A DNA stretch of 56,232 nt from Candidatus Uhrbacteria bacterium (lineage in GTDB: Bacteria; Patescibacteriota; Patescibacteriia; UBA9934). Shown here one piece after another: positions 32,001-40,514 of this stretch. How positions within the stretch are numbered: position 1 is the stretch's first letter; the number at the start of each line of letters is the position of its first letter. Under the pieces are notes generated by a model that made no database searches, had not been told where the DNA came from, and saw nothing but the letters and a program-made list of their open reading frames with translations. The translations under genes were made by a program, and so were the position numbers. The DNA lies in NCBI GenBank assembly GCA_018673485.1, contig JABHCP010000002.1, positions 67,502-123,733 on the forward strand, read 5' to 3'.

Positions 32001-35000
32001 TACTCTGGATATTCTGTGCCAAATGTATTACCAATTCAACACCTTGATCAAATAGATATTGCGCCGCCGGCTGGATATTGCGACATGGGTAATGAATATC
32101 AACCTGGAGATACCGCATATGACACATATCACGCCGAGGCATGTGACTTTGATGTTGATTGCGGGTCAATGTCTGGGGATAGAGAGTCCGCGAATAGACT
32201 TTGCGTAGCAGAGGATGATGCCGACTATAGAGTTGGATACATCGCTGGATCTTGTACGCAAGAGTATGCGGAGGATTGTGCAGTTGGATATTGTTCAGAA
32301 GATGGTTCTGCGTGTACTAGTACTAACGATTGCGTAGGTGCAGATTCGGTCTGTACACCGGGTGTTTGTTACGCGATTGGTGCAACAACTTGCAGTAAAG
32401 ATGCTGACTGTGGCGTTAATGAAGAGTGTTTCTCTGGGGTTTGTGCTGAAAATACCGGTTATTGTGATTTAGACACCTTAGCTTGTGGAAGTGGAGTCTG
32501 CTATACATCAGTGGCCTATAAAGAAGGAAGTTGTTATGGCGGTGCCTGTTTCCTTGCGATGGACGGTGAGCCGTTTGAACAAAACATGTATGAAGGTCAG
32601 TCTTGTCGAGCTTACCCTGAGGGCGATAGCCCATTTGGTGAGAATGTAATTAGTGAATGGAACTATGTTTCCGATACTGATCTAGGTCAGACATCCGATA
32701 CGTCAAGTTTCATTTTATCTACAATCGACAGGGTCGGTAGCTTTGCTCCGCGGTCGTTCTTAGCTGGATTTGAAAATGTTGAAACTTGTTTGCCTGGAGA
32801 AGATTGCGTGTGTTCTTACACTAAGTTATCAAATAGTAATGGTCAGTCAGTCTATGCGTCACCGGAGACGAGTTTGGTGGACGCCTATAGCCTAGGTTCA
32901 ACAGGAATACTTGGAATTTGTTCGGCTGGAAGTGCTGTTGCTGGTGCGGTCTGTATTGAAGATGCAGACTGTCAGACATCTAGTGTTACTACTACAGCTG
33001 AAGGTTCTGCGACTTGTGATCGAATAACTGAAGAAAATACAGTTTATGGACTAAGTGGATATTGCCTGGAGCGTGACACAGGATTAAATATTGAAGGAGA
33101 CCAGTACACTGGTGCGTGTTTAACATGGCTGCCAATTGATCAACTTTCCGGATCTACCGATTTGTACGCAAAGTTCACAAGCGCTGGATATTCAGGTGAT
33201 AGTTATTACTGTGGCGATGTTGATATTTTTACAGACTTCTATACAAGTGGATCGTCAGAAAGTGTAGATGAGAGCACAAGTTCATATGGCTATGAAGCTG
33301 TGGCCTGTGCTGAAACACACGAGTACGAAGCTTGCGATGTGCATAATTGTGTCGATAACGCCGCATGTCCAGATGGCTACTATGCGATTATGGGTGCATG
33401 TGAGGCAAGCCCTGTCAGCGGAGATAATAACTATGCAGAGTCATGTACGGTTAATAATAATGATTGCCCGTACGTATGTGTGCCTTATAATGCGCATGAA
33501 AAGGAAGATGAGACAAAGATGTGTGATCCAGACTCTGTGGAGGCAAACAGTGGTATAAATATGGAATGGGCAGAAAGCGCTGATTATACCGGTTTCATTA
33601 TGGATACCAGTAGCAGCTACTACGGTACTAGATATGAATATTCAAATAGAGTTTATACAATCGATGCGTATAGCGACTTTGATGACATGGTGGAATATGT
33701 AAGTGACTGTGTTGTTAATGCAGTCGAGTTTGGATCATCTGAGTTCTATGACTTAACCTACAAACATGTCGGTGCTTGTAGCGGTACTAGCTGCTCTTCT
33801 GATGAGGCGCTCGGTAATGGATACTACAATCTTTACTTGTCTTCTTATACTTATCCAGCGTGTTCGGTGCTTTTGCAGACATCAGATGGAGTCGGTGATA
33901 ATTATGCGTGGACAGATAGGGTGCTTGGAGATGAAGAATATTCAATTCCTACACTTGAGTACACTCCAGAAACTCCTAACTTACCATTTGGATCTAGCTT
34001 AAGTCCCGCGTCGTTAGGCCAGGATGTAGCGCAAGTTCCAGCGTGCAGTAGGCCTGTTGGATTTGAAACTATGATAACGCCAGACGTTGGGTATGATGGT
34101 GCTTGTGATGCAGGTTATATAGATTATACGTACGGAATTTCCTTTGACGAGCCAGGCGCGTTACCTTTCACAGGCTTTACAATGGAATTAGGTTACACAC
34201 CAACGTTGTCCCCAGAAAATTCAACTATTTCGTACGGTTCAGGGATTGATTCCTTGGTTGGTAGCCTGAACAATGTTTTTGCGAAAGTTTTGAATGTGTT
34301 CCATTGGGTACCAAGTATAAACTTAGTTCATGATTCTGATGGAACTATTGGAGAATACGTTGAAGGAGATGCAAGTCTTTACGATGTTCATGACGATGTT
34401 CGATCATCTGGTGTACCACCGACAGTTTGGGCAGTGGATATGGAGAATTGTGGGTCAAGGTATTGTGAAGAGGGAGCGGAAAATGCGATTACTTTAAATG
34501 CTCAGAACACTGGTGACTTTGAAAGTGATGAAGGTTTCTTCCGCGCTACAGTAAAATTCTTTGCTGCAGCTTATACGGAGCAACTGCCAATTAGGCGTGT
34601 AATCGTAGAGTGGGGAGATGGCGACGAGTCAGGTTCAGCAGAACCAGATAACTATTACCAAAATCATCGTGGTCTTGTTGAGGGATCTGAGACAGATTCA
34701 ATTTGTGGTACAGACGATGAATGGGGAATGACAGCAGACTCGTGCGACCCCAACTACTTCACCTACCAACACTCATACAGATGCTCCGGCGCAGAATTGC
34801 TCACCGAGTGCGATCCTGACGAAGACGGTAATCTCGCAGTGAGCCCATGTACTTACGACTTCGAGTCCTGCGTCTACCAACCACGCGTCCACATCCGAGA
34901 CAACTGGGGCTGGTGTACAGGAACGTGTCCTGATGGCACCGCATTAAATGGAGACGATGGTGATAATGAATGTTTTGACGCAGTCGGAGATTTGAGCTCA

Positions 35001-35108
35001 CCAGATCCGCAGAGTGAATGCAGTTACACCTTATATCCAGAATTAGAAGGGTATACCACTGTTGACCCATGGGTTTATTATAATGGAATAATCACAGTCG
35101 AAGAATAA
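26061..35108 (+). CDS. Giant secreted/surface Cys-rich acidic protein (3015 aa)
   Basis: Signal-peptide-like N-terminus (VFVAIFLLF...AHA), many Cys, repeated CxxxxDC/QC motifs, and two possible carbohydrate-binding-like beta modules (NSSFESD..PDSW; LFEEGTLVNWG). Confidence 0.9.
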   Translation: MVTMNRRKTLRRIVHVFVAIFLLFNISSSASSILPIAHANLPVVDITAQTDRSIKEVLEVVADKLKQALTTSLSAEMVNLLSMMANELSYNSAVWIASGGNAESPLFNSIPPEDYFKFAGARVLSEIYNEVVIDNLEGGLFVTLNVYLPTDPEVLQAVRNGIKSYAIAPEVNFDYPDIKNNWTAYLASLDSSDLEPEEKTAMVLSVAVEAFDPDVNEFGAITQLHMYALSETYNQAQSEEQQLLANNGFRAVTDYITHQIFTPASLVKDELEQSIALQKSLPFDLSTSLMANTDTLMAIGINAGTIFTNTLFSELMNKVQGGLFEDVVFDDSNPFDVNSSIEYSRSRIQSVFKSLTSFKPLEITDYSMLSELSTCPTFSRGTSTSIYNCAIDSSFVSAIALSRAGSSLNLQDAIDEGYVDGTWPLIPSADTARNQDTKCYTYGFCHSNLVKLRKARIISIGWELAAESDHNSDTDPVTLQEVVDGFYTCNSDGELDSENPWCHLIDPNWVLKFPETQCRTLAYGQVLSGFGTDQRAQECVDIQSCVSEDGDGNCDGGYGYCVREQNTWKFRGQECPEHYASCMSFENGEGGSVDFLTNTLDYGNCDSSNIGCMWNATQKEVVAGVYEWPEIDDLAVSDLEPDAYQNRLYFNSNVEECDVDDAGCEHLYERDSDTSLNMISNSSFESDLDEDGTPDSWLINGATYSTDSTMQRSGADAIDVASGLVTKYGLVLNQSRYHAISVYVKATDPTADYGYITMTFADEDGNALDMSSQSIDGSCSSDDCLTSCAVGTSTDTIEMLLDPKSDSYIRTECVFTSPTLADRTLDIYAKIEISGSVGSVIIDDIMLEQDFEADIYAGEYNEDPTSLYMKVAPDYLGCTGASDDADECANYAGVCSELEAGCGSYTPVNGDPSVTAVVSLVDQCPSTCDGYDTFRQEATQYEPYGDFPIYLIPSTADTCNESAVGCTEFTNLDTEAREHYTDLRACVTEDQARTNVAGDNASTFYTWEGSDEEGYQLRTWRLLESDLDSGSYHDYSYQESDEIDVRPGSAPCTNWSTDADGITCNDDADEDLAIDGDYGLCDEHSDIIYSPGCREFYDTYGGLHYRLWSETVTVNDACVSYRLTELVGDSAAEWTSACTTAQGYFDSSAEICRFYGYAQESTECSESNNGCRAYTGGRSANSRLVLQDLFEEGTLVNWGADSATTVTLSNESVAVDGHSLKSEGQIVWSHLYDEGSACATEDGCASSTGVLGGSCTVDYGDQLCGTLEGELFTDKTYTLTFWAKGETDLDVGFDMDANTSGVSIDTYVDGVVPSVELSTEWTYYSVGPFDMNEADYAAFGDGTVLAFVPSSTADFYVDNIVLREGEDELTLIKDSWSTPATCDQSWEGATSAQFHLGCQEYTDQESDTWYLKSFRNLCDGDAVGCKSYYTTEQSDSNYAAVYNATCYNADFESNGVADQATESTGCYVYTQNSRTEFDTTSPLLCTIIAGEDHCLFDFDEWFIPQAEISDISNYPELYHLNYGPDATFTKADSDIYLIYDEDLECSSSDVAGCSELGQPTFSGDHSLVDDWMSVYYINDPDVYTDILCSNEELFCKEFESTREGTWYFKDPIGLECEYKTDVSIDGTSYTGWFREGTSEFCYGEGACTGDGITACTNDAQCAVDGLGECNITDGAYLVGGTESGIWRNGDLAYDGSVGHCSAEYDGCSAFEDPLDVDDNEFYGYSDGEMYYYIDDDQIDDSNLLSSQRCNGQVSQKEGCTLFYDSGEAGFDYNASATYVVSTHADEILGEEPFVLVDPIDCTSDSTSEITLPDGATTYDPCISRCLYSNRALTGSTSGISDSYTVGQSCFLDDDCPNYDSTTGDIVSGHCADIISTTYYTTLGTVTSEDPMPRLENDTNRVISVNQDRVCAEWLSCSSSYSIWDQDTGKYRTICDGVDLCTEYSAEGHPSFCSEWDPEDPAVVLDIGRYVSRDVTWYGEEYSGYSVPNVLPIQHLDQIDIAPPAGYCDMGNEYQPGDTAYDTYHAEACDFDVDCGSMSGDRESANRLCVAEDDADYRVGYIAGSCTQEYAEDCAVGYCSEDGSACTSTNDCVGADSVCTPGVCYAIGATTCSKDADCGVNEECFSGVCAENTGYCDLDTLACGSGVCYTSVAYKEGSCYGGACFLAMDGEPFEQNMYEGQSCRAYPEGDSPFGENVISEWNYVSDTDLGQTSDTSSFILSTIDRVGSFAPRSFLAGFENVETCLPGEDCVCSYTKLSNSNGQSVYASPETSLVDAYSLGSTGILGICSAGSAVAGAVCIEDADCQTSSVTTTAEGSATCDRITEENTVYGLSGYCLERDTGLNIEGDQYTGACLTWLPIDQLSGSTDLYAKFTSAGYSGDSYYCGDVDIFTDFYTSGSSESVDESTSSYGYEAVACAETHEYEACDVHNCVDNAACPDGYYAIMGACEASPVSGDNNYAESCTVNNNDCPYVCVPYNAHEKEDETKMCDPDSVEANSGINMEWAESADYTGFIMDTSSSYYGTRYEYSNRVYTIDAYSDFDDMVEYVSDCVVNAVEFGSSEFYDLTYKHVGACSGTSCSSDEALGNGYYNLYLSSYTYPACSVLLQTSDGVGDNYAWTDRVLGDEEYSIPTLEYTPETPNLPFGSSLSPASLGQDVAQVPACSRPVGFETMITPDVGYDGACDAGYIDYTYGISFDEPGALPFTGFTMELGYTPTLSPENSTISYGSGIDSLVGSLNNVFAKVLNVFHWVPSINLVHDSDGTIGEYVEGDASLYDVHDDVRSSGVPPTVWAVDMENCGSRYCEEGAENAITLNAQNTGDFESDEGFFRATVKFFAAAYTEQLPIRRVIVEWGDGDESGSAEPDNYYQNHRGLVEGSETDSICGTDDEWGMTADSCDPNYFTYQHSYRCSGAELLTECDPDEDGNLAVSPCTYDFESCVYQPRVHIRDNWGWCTGTCPDGTALNGDDGDNECFDAVGDLSSPDPQSECSYTLYPELEGYTTVDPWVYYNGIITVEE

Positions 35109-35114
35109 CATTAT

Positions 35115-35199
35115 AACCTCCTTCAGTTTCCTTCTCCTTGAAGAGTGGGAGAGACTGATCAGGATCCCCCTACTTTTTAAGGAGGGGTAAGGGGTGGCT
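35115..35199. repeat. Degenerate family C palindromic repeat
   Basis: aacctccttcag..tctccttgaagagtgggag ... ccccctactttttaaggaggggtaaggggtggc. Confidence 0.55.
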
Positions 35200-35222
35200 A
35201 TAAAGATAGTTCAATAAACATG

Positions 35223-35247
35223 AGAACCCTCGCAAGAGGGTTCTTTT
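35223..35247 (+). terminator. Intrinsic terminator after the giant gene
   Basis: agaaccctc-gcaa-gagggttct-ttt. Confidence 0.75.
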
Positions 35248-35308
35248 AGATGCATTAAGCCCCGCCGGCCCAGAGGGTGGCGGGGAGTCTATTGCGAGCT
35301 AGTTGAGG

Positions 35309-35977
35309 CTAGAACTCGCAGACAAAGTCGTGACGAACGTCGAAGGCTTCGTCGACCATGGCGTAGGCGAGGTAGTCGTTTCCAACTTCCATGTCCACGA
35401 AGGGCATGTCTTCCTTATCGCCCTTGATCTCGAAGGAGGTGCCGTCGAACTCGAGCCACGAGCCGTTGCCCAGGTGTTCGTCCAGGCGCAGGATGTAGCC
35501 CTGTTCGGTCTCGACCGAACCCTCGTTGTATTCGTACATCACGGTGTCACCGTTATACATGGTGCACACGGCATCTCCGCTCACGAAGTACGAGATGAGG
35601 CTCACGGTGACCGGGTTCTCCGAGGTGTCGGTGTCGATCGTGGCCTTTCGGTTCACGTAGTCGATGCCGTCCACGGTGACGATCCGGTAGCCGTCAGCGG
35701 TCAGGTCGTTCTCGAGTGCGCCGAGCTGGATGCGCGCTTCGTTGCGCAGCTTCACGCTCAGGGGCTCACCGGTCACGCCTTCGGCGATGACTTCGGCGGT
35801 GTCCTCGATTGTGTAGTCCAGGCCGTCGATCACGTCGTTGCCGAGCATGGCGTCGATCATGATGGTCATGCTCTCGACCGGGGTACCGGTGTCGTCGGTG
35901 TTGTCGATGTTGCTCTCGCAGGCCCCAACGAAGAGGGCCAGGAAGAGAGCAGTCAGGATCGCGTTGATGCGGGTCAT
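35309..35977 (-). CDS. Putative acidic lipoprotein (GC-rich ORFan)
   Basis: Lipobox-like LFLALFVGA-C; SD GGAGG; promoter TTGACT-17-TATGGT near 36088-36116. Confidence 0.72.
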   Translation of the reverse strand: MTRINAILTALFLALFVGACESNIDNTDDTGTPVESMTIMIDAMLGNDVIDGLDYTIEDTAEVIAEGVTGEPLSVKLRNEARIQLGALENDLTADGYRIVTVDGIDYVNRKATIDTDTSENPVTVSLISYFVSGDAVCTMYNGDTVMYEYNEGSVETEQGYILRLDEHLGNGSWLEFDGTSFEIKGDKEDMPFVDMEVGNDYLAYAMVDEAFDVRHDFVCEF

Positions 35978-36352
35978 GATATGCCTCCAGGCACGGGGGT
36001 TGGGTAGCTTGGCTTTCGCCAGGCCTGCGGTGCGTACTCACGGGATGTGGCACACACAAGAGCTGTAAAGGACTATGATCTACACTAACCATAGCGTATT
36101 TTGGTATAAAAGTCAATGTGTCAAGAAAAATCACATCTCACACAGCAAAACCAGTCTTCCCCCAACCAAACCAAAAAACCGCCAACTCACGCGGTTTTTC
36201 ACTCATTCGATGCGCAAAAACTCACTACCCCATCGCCACCCCCTGTGGATAAAACAGTGGAAACAGTGTTGACAACCCACCACCCCCCATGCTTGATCTG
36301 TGAAAATTACCAGATTCTATTTTGAATTGCGATCATGACTCACTGTTGCGAA

Positions 36353-36381
36353 TTGGCCATGTGAGACATATTTGCTATAGT
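36353..36381 (+). promoter_or_regulatory. Putative promoter of the nucleotide-enzyme block
   Basis: TTGGCC(36353-36358)-17-TATAGT(36376-36381) with a TG extension; SD GAGGGAG before 36419. Confidence 0.5.
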
Positions 36382-36418
36382 TTCATCGACCCCAAATAAT
36401 TTCCCCGAGGGAGATGTC

Positions 36419-36988
36419 ATGAAGCGTACTGTCCTCTATGTCACTTCAAATGAGTTGAAATTCCAGGTTGCTCGTCATATTTTTGAAAAGACGGGCTTGA
36501 GCGATAGCATTGAACTTGAACAGGCCTCACAGGTGAGCTTGAGTGAAATACAAGCCGAGAGCTCTGTGGACGTGGCCTTAAGGAAGGCAAGTGATGCATA
36601 CCGTGTATGTGGAGTCAGTTGCATCGTCTCTGATAGCTCATTCCACATTCCGGCATTGAACGGTTTCCCTGGCCCATTTGTAAAGTTCGTAAACAGGTGG
36701 CTCACAGCTAAGCAGATTCTACTTATGTTGGAGCAAGACCAGCGAGTAGAAGCATTCTATGATGATGTTAGAGTGTATGTGAACGCAAAGGGTGAGAGTT
36801 ATGCGTTTCATTGCACGACGCACGGACATGTAGACCCTGCAGTCAGGGATGCTTCCGGAAGAGGCGTGGATAGCATCTTTATACCAGACGGTTTTGATGT
36901 GCCATTGTCATCTTTGCAAGCAGACGACCTGCTTAGTGTGTGGGATGAGTCAGGGTGGTGGAAATTAAAGGCACATCTAGGCGTTTGA
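36419..36988 (+). CDS. Ham1/ITPase-family non-canonical NTP pyrophosphatase-like protein #1
   Basis: TSNELK, EIQ, RKA, VSDSSF, ALNGFPGP, DSIFIP. The SHR motif is absent. Confidence 0.85.
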   Translation: MKRTVLYVTSNELKFQVARHIFEKTGLSDSIELEQASQVSLSEIQAESSVDVALRKASDAYRVCGVSCIVSDSSFHIPALNGFPGPFVKFVNRWLTAKQILLMLEQDQRVEAFYDDVRVYVNAKGESYAFHCTTHGHVDPAVRDASGRGVDSIFIPDGFDVPLSSLQADDLLSVWDESGWWKLKAHLGV

Positions 36989-37124
36989 TAGACACTTCGT
37001 TGTGTCATCGTAGCACTTTCGAATTTGCCCATTCTTAGGGTCCTACGCTCAGCGTTCCGTAGATTGTATCTGCGGGACGCTTATAGTTTATATAATGAGA
37101 ACACATAATAATATATTTATAGTT

Positions 37125-37916
37125 ATGGAATATCCAGCGAATATCCTATCTAATCGTGATGAAGATCCGAAAATTCTAAATAATATCGAGAACGCTTTAA
37201 AGGAAAGAAGGGGTTTTACATTCAGTTTAGAACACGGATGTCCGGTAGTTTTTTTAATTTCTGGTGGTTTGGATTCAATGTTGATAATGGATAGGCTGCT
37301 TGGTGAGTATGGTTGCGAGATATATCCTTTATATATAGAGAGAGGTGCAAGAGCAGGAAAATTTGAGAAACAATGTTGCGAAAAATATTGTGAGATTTAT
37401 CAAGAAAGATATCCAAAATTATTCCATTCAATGGAGGTTGTGCAGATGAATATCCCACCTAAAGAGTTTAAGTTGAATATAGGCGAGCATAGATTAAATA
37501 CAATAGGCCATCCAATGAGAAATGCGGTAATACAAAGCATTGGTGTTCAGTATGCTGTAAGTTTATCGTCATCCGTGGATTCACAAATAAAGCATGTATT
37601 TACCGCAACATCGCCTGACGATACTTTTCCTCACTCGAGTTTACTATCACTAAGATCCTTGACATTGATGGCTTGTGTTGATGGTGGAGACTGGGGGTGG
37701 CAAATTTCTTCCCCTTTACTTGAACCTACCTTGTGGGGCGAGCTAACCAAAGAGGACATGATAAGGTATGCTGTTGAACATGACTTACCACTAGAACATA
37801 CACGTACATGCACGCGGGGAGATGAATTGGCGTGTGCTAAGTGCCCAGAATGTCTTTGTCGTCTGAGGGCTTTTGCCGGAGTTGGCATCCAGGATCCGAT
37901 AGCTTATAAAATATAG
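37125..37916 (+). CDS. QueC-like PP-loop ATPase #1 (divergent)
   Basis: ISGGLDS, PMRN, SPL, and Zn motif C-x7-C-x2-C-x2-C (TRTCTRGDELACAKCPECLCR). YPDC is replaced by FPHS. The 37095 ATG overlaps a TATAAT, so 37125 is preferred. Confidence 0.85.
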   Translation: MEYPANILSNRDEDPKILNNIENALKERRGFTFSLEHGCPVVFLISGGLDSMLIMDRLLGEYGCEIYPLYIERGARAGKFEKQCCEKYCEIYQERYPKLFHSMEVVQMNIPPKEFKLNIGEHRLNTIGHPMRNAVIQSIGVQYAVSLSSSVDSQIKHVFTATSPDDTFPHSSLLSLRSLTLMACVDGGDWGWQISSPLLEPTLWGELTKEDMIRYAVEHDLPLEHTRTCTRGDELACAKCPECLCRLRAFAGVGIQDPIAYKI

Positions 37917-37946
37917 AAATGATATTTAATTTATAATAATGTATTT

Positions 37947-38528
37947 ATGCAAAAAAAAGACTTATATTTTATAACAGGGAATAAGCATAAGTTTGAGGTT
38001 GCTGAAAACTTTTTTAAAAATTGCGATGCTGGAAATTACTTTAATTTAATCCAGCATGATATTTCACCGCCAGAAATTCAGTCCGATTCTATAGGTACTA
38101 TAGCTACTAGTTCAGCACGTTGGGCATTTGAAAAAATCGGTAAGCCATTGATAACAGCTGACGCTGGATTGCAAATCGAAGCTTTGAATGGTTTTCCTGG
38201 CCCTTTTGTTAAGTATATGAATTCGTGGTTCAACCAAAACGATCTTTTGCGAATGATGGACGGCAAGCTAAATAGAACCGCTGTTTTTATGGATGCCTTA
38301 GCGTTTGTTTTTGGAGATATGGAGGAGGTTTTTAGTTCTGATACTATTGGTAAATTATCTACTAGTCCCGCCAAGGAAGATGGATATACAGTTGATCAAT
38401 TATTTATTCCAGATGGTATGGACAAGAGTTTAGTTCAACTGTCCAATGAAGAGAGGCGAGATGTTTGGAATGTTGAGCGATGGACGTTATTGACGGACTT
38501 TTTAATAAAAAATTATGACAAATTGTAA
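37947..38528 (+). CDS. Ham1/ITPase-family protein #2
   Basis: TGNKHK, EIQ, TADAGL, ALNGFPGPFVK, DQLFIP. The conserved Lys of (x)KA is lost (TSSAR) and SHR is absent. Confidence 0.85.
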   Translation: MQKKDLYFITGNKHKFEVAENFFKNCDAGNYFNLIQHDISPPEIQSDSIGTIATSSARWAFEKIGKPLITADAGLQIEALNGFPGPFVKYMNSWFNQNDLLRMMDGKLNRTAVFMDALAFVFGDMEEVFSSDTIGKLSTSPAKEDGYTVDQLFIPDGMDKSLVQLSNEERRDVWNVERWTLLTDFLIKNYDKL

Positions 38529-38702
38529 TGTTTAGTAGAATGTTGCAGTTTTGATAATCTAATTGCAGTCATTTTTGCTGCATTTTAGCTGAGAGATTTG
38601 AAGATTGTTCCAAGTTAATATCAGGTATGTATGTCTGGTATTTCTTGCTATTGATGCGTTTTTATACTAACATCGCCATAAGGGGTTCATTCTGAGCACC
38701 TA

Positions 38703-39374
38703 ATGCCTAATGGGAGCGACAAGATGCAACAGTCCATTCAAGAGATGATGAGCGAGCGTACATTGGTTTTGATCAAGCCAGATGCCGTCAAGCGGGCTTT
38801 GGTCGGGGTCATTTGCCAGCGCTTCGAAAGAGTTGGTATGAAGATCGCAGCTTGCAAGATGCTGATTCCAAGTCAGGAGCAGCTTGATGGTCATTTTGCC
38901 GGTTCGGAAGATTGGATCCGCGGTATGGGGGAGAAGACTCTGGCCGCATACAGCGAGCAAGGTATCGATCCGATGGAGGTGTTGGGCACCAATGATCCCG
39001 CGGTGATCGGTCAGAGAATCAAGGGTTGGAACTTCAACTACCTTTCACTCGGACCTGTTGTTGCAGTGGTACTTGAAGGGGTCCATGTTGTCGCCACAGT
39101 TCGAAAGATGGTAGGGAACACGTTGCCCTACAAGGCTGCACCCGGTACGATTCGAGGAGATTTCTCCATCAATTCGCCAGATTTGGCAAACTTGGTTGGC
39201 AGTGCCTGCAAGAACGTGGTCCACGCCTCCGGTACCGTAGACGAGGCAAGACACGAGATAGCGAATTGGTTCGCGCCATCAGAAGTTTGCGAGTGGGAAA
39301 GGGCGGATGAGTTCATTCATTTCGTCCAAGGAAAGTCCAGTCAACACCCGACCAAGAAGGAGATCGGATCATGA
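38703..39374 (+). CDS. ndk: Nucleoside diphosphate kinase (long form; start may be 38724 or later)
   Basis: ERTLVLIKPDAV, PGTIRGDF, NVVHASG (catalytic His). Confidence 0.93.
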   Translation: MPNGSDKMQQSIQEMMSERTLVLIKPDAVKRALVGVICQRFERVGMKIAACKMLIPSQEQLDGHFAGSEDWIRGMGEKTLAAYSEQGIDPMEVLGTNDPAVIGQRIKGWNFNYLSLGPVVAVVLEGVHVVATVRKMVGNTLPYKAAPGTIRGDFSINSPDLANLVGSACKNVVHASGTVDEARHEIANWFAPSEVCEWERADEFIHFVQGKSSQHPTKKEIGS

Positions 39375-39655
39375 GTGACTTCAACGCCGTGGAAGAGAAG
39401 CTGGCTGCCTTGAGGGGATCCAATCCCCGGGAGGCTGCGGAGTTCGCCTACGTTCTGGCCATGCTGCACAAGAATGCAGGTAACGACCAAGAGGCGGCTC
39501 GATTCGGAAAGGAGGCCATCAGTCTCTTCGATCAGTGTGAGATGGAAAGCATGGAGCAGTGCGCTGCAGTCAACGTCGTCGTTGAGGGCATTGCGCTCCC
39601 TAGCCTGATCCATCAGCAGGTCGTGCGTAATCGCCTCGATCCCATCGAGCTCTAG
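39371..39655 (+). CDS. Small helical (TPR-like) hypothetical protein coupled to ndk
   Basis: ATGA overlap, SD AGGAG, and the helical pattern AAEFAYVLAMLHKNAGNDQEAARFGKEAI. Confidence 0.75.
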   Translation: MSDFNAVEEKLAALRGSNPREAAEFAYVLAMLHKNAGNDQEAARFGKEAISLFDQCEMESMEQCAAVNVVVEGIALPSLIHQQVVRNRLDPIEL

Positions 39656-39671
39656 CGCGTGACCCAGTACT

Positions 39672-39704
39672 TACCCCGCTGACCGATTCGTGGTCGGCGG
39701 GGTA
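39672..39704 (+). terminator. Hairpin ending the ndk-TPR unit
   Basis: taccccgctgacc-gattcgt-ggtcggcggggta. Confidence 0.7.
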
Positions 39705-39813
39705 TCAGCGTTTTACAATATTCGCTGTAAAAAGACTTAATTTTGACAATAAAGACCATATTTGACAAAATAAATGCGCACTTAATATCTGATGTAAATT
39801 GCAAAATGTTTGT

Positions 39814-40380
39814 ATGGAAGAGATCATGATAGTCACAGGTAGTTCAAAGAAAATAGAGGAATACGGTAGGTATCTTGGTAGTGAACATGCTAATATTTCT
39901 GTATCAAAACTTGATATTGATATTCCTGAAATACAGTCTATAGACAGCCAGGAGATTATATTAAGTAAGGTAGACGCTGTATCTAAAGTGGTTTCAGGGC
40001 CTTTTTTGGTAGATGACGTAAGTTTTTATACAGATAGGTATCCAAATTTTCCAGGCGCATATGCAAAATTTACAAATAATACTTTGGGGGTAGATGGTTG
40101 GAGTCGACTATTTGAGGAAGGTGATAAAATCTCAGCTGTGGCAACACTTGGTTTTTATAGGTTCGGAAAGGTAGATTTTTTCAATGGAAAAATTGATGGG
40201 GTCATTTCGTTTGATGATAAAATACCTGTTGATACTGTATCACCAATTGATAGCACTTTTTATTTGCCTGAATATAATAACTATTTGTTCAATTTAGTTA
40301 AGAGCAATGATTTTAAAAATCATAGGCGACTCGCTTTTGAAGCTTTCTTGTTCCATGTGATTGATGTAGCCAGCTGCTAA
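39814..40380 (+). CDS. Ham1/ITPase-family protein #3
   Basis: TGSSKKIEE, EIQ, SKV, VDDVSF, FPGAY, DSTF, and C-terminal NHR (SHR-like). Confidence 0.85.
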   Translation: MEEIMIVTGSSKKIEEYGRYLGSEHANISVSKLDIDIPEIQSIDSQEIILSKVDAVSKVVSGPFLVDDVSFYTDRYPNFPGAYAKFTNNTLGVDGWSRLFEEGDKISAVATLGFYRFGKVDFFNGKIDGVISFDDKIPVDTVSPIDSTFYLPEYNNYLFNLVKSNDFKNHRRLAFEAFLFHVIDVASC

Positions 40381-40514
40381 CGTGTATCGTCTGTGATGTG
40401 CGTTGAATGGTGATTGCATTAAATGGTCTTGTAAGCTCTTCAGAGTCTGCATTTATCAGTTTTTGTGTCGCAACGTACTTTATAGAAAAACCCAATGTTC
40501 AAGGAGGGTGCAAG

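Noticed and set aside
35303-36007. 234-aa + strand ORF, and likewise 5263-5712 (+), 8001-8742 and 44263-45820 alternatives
   Set aside because: They are antisense or off-frame shadows of GC-rich genes that have better signals (SD, lipobox, M23 motifs).
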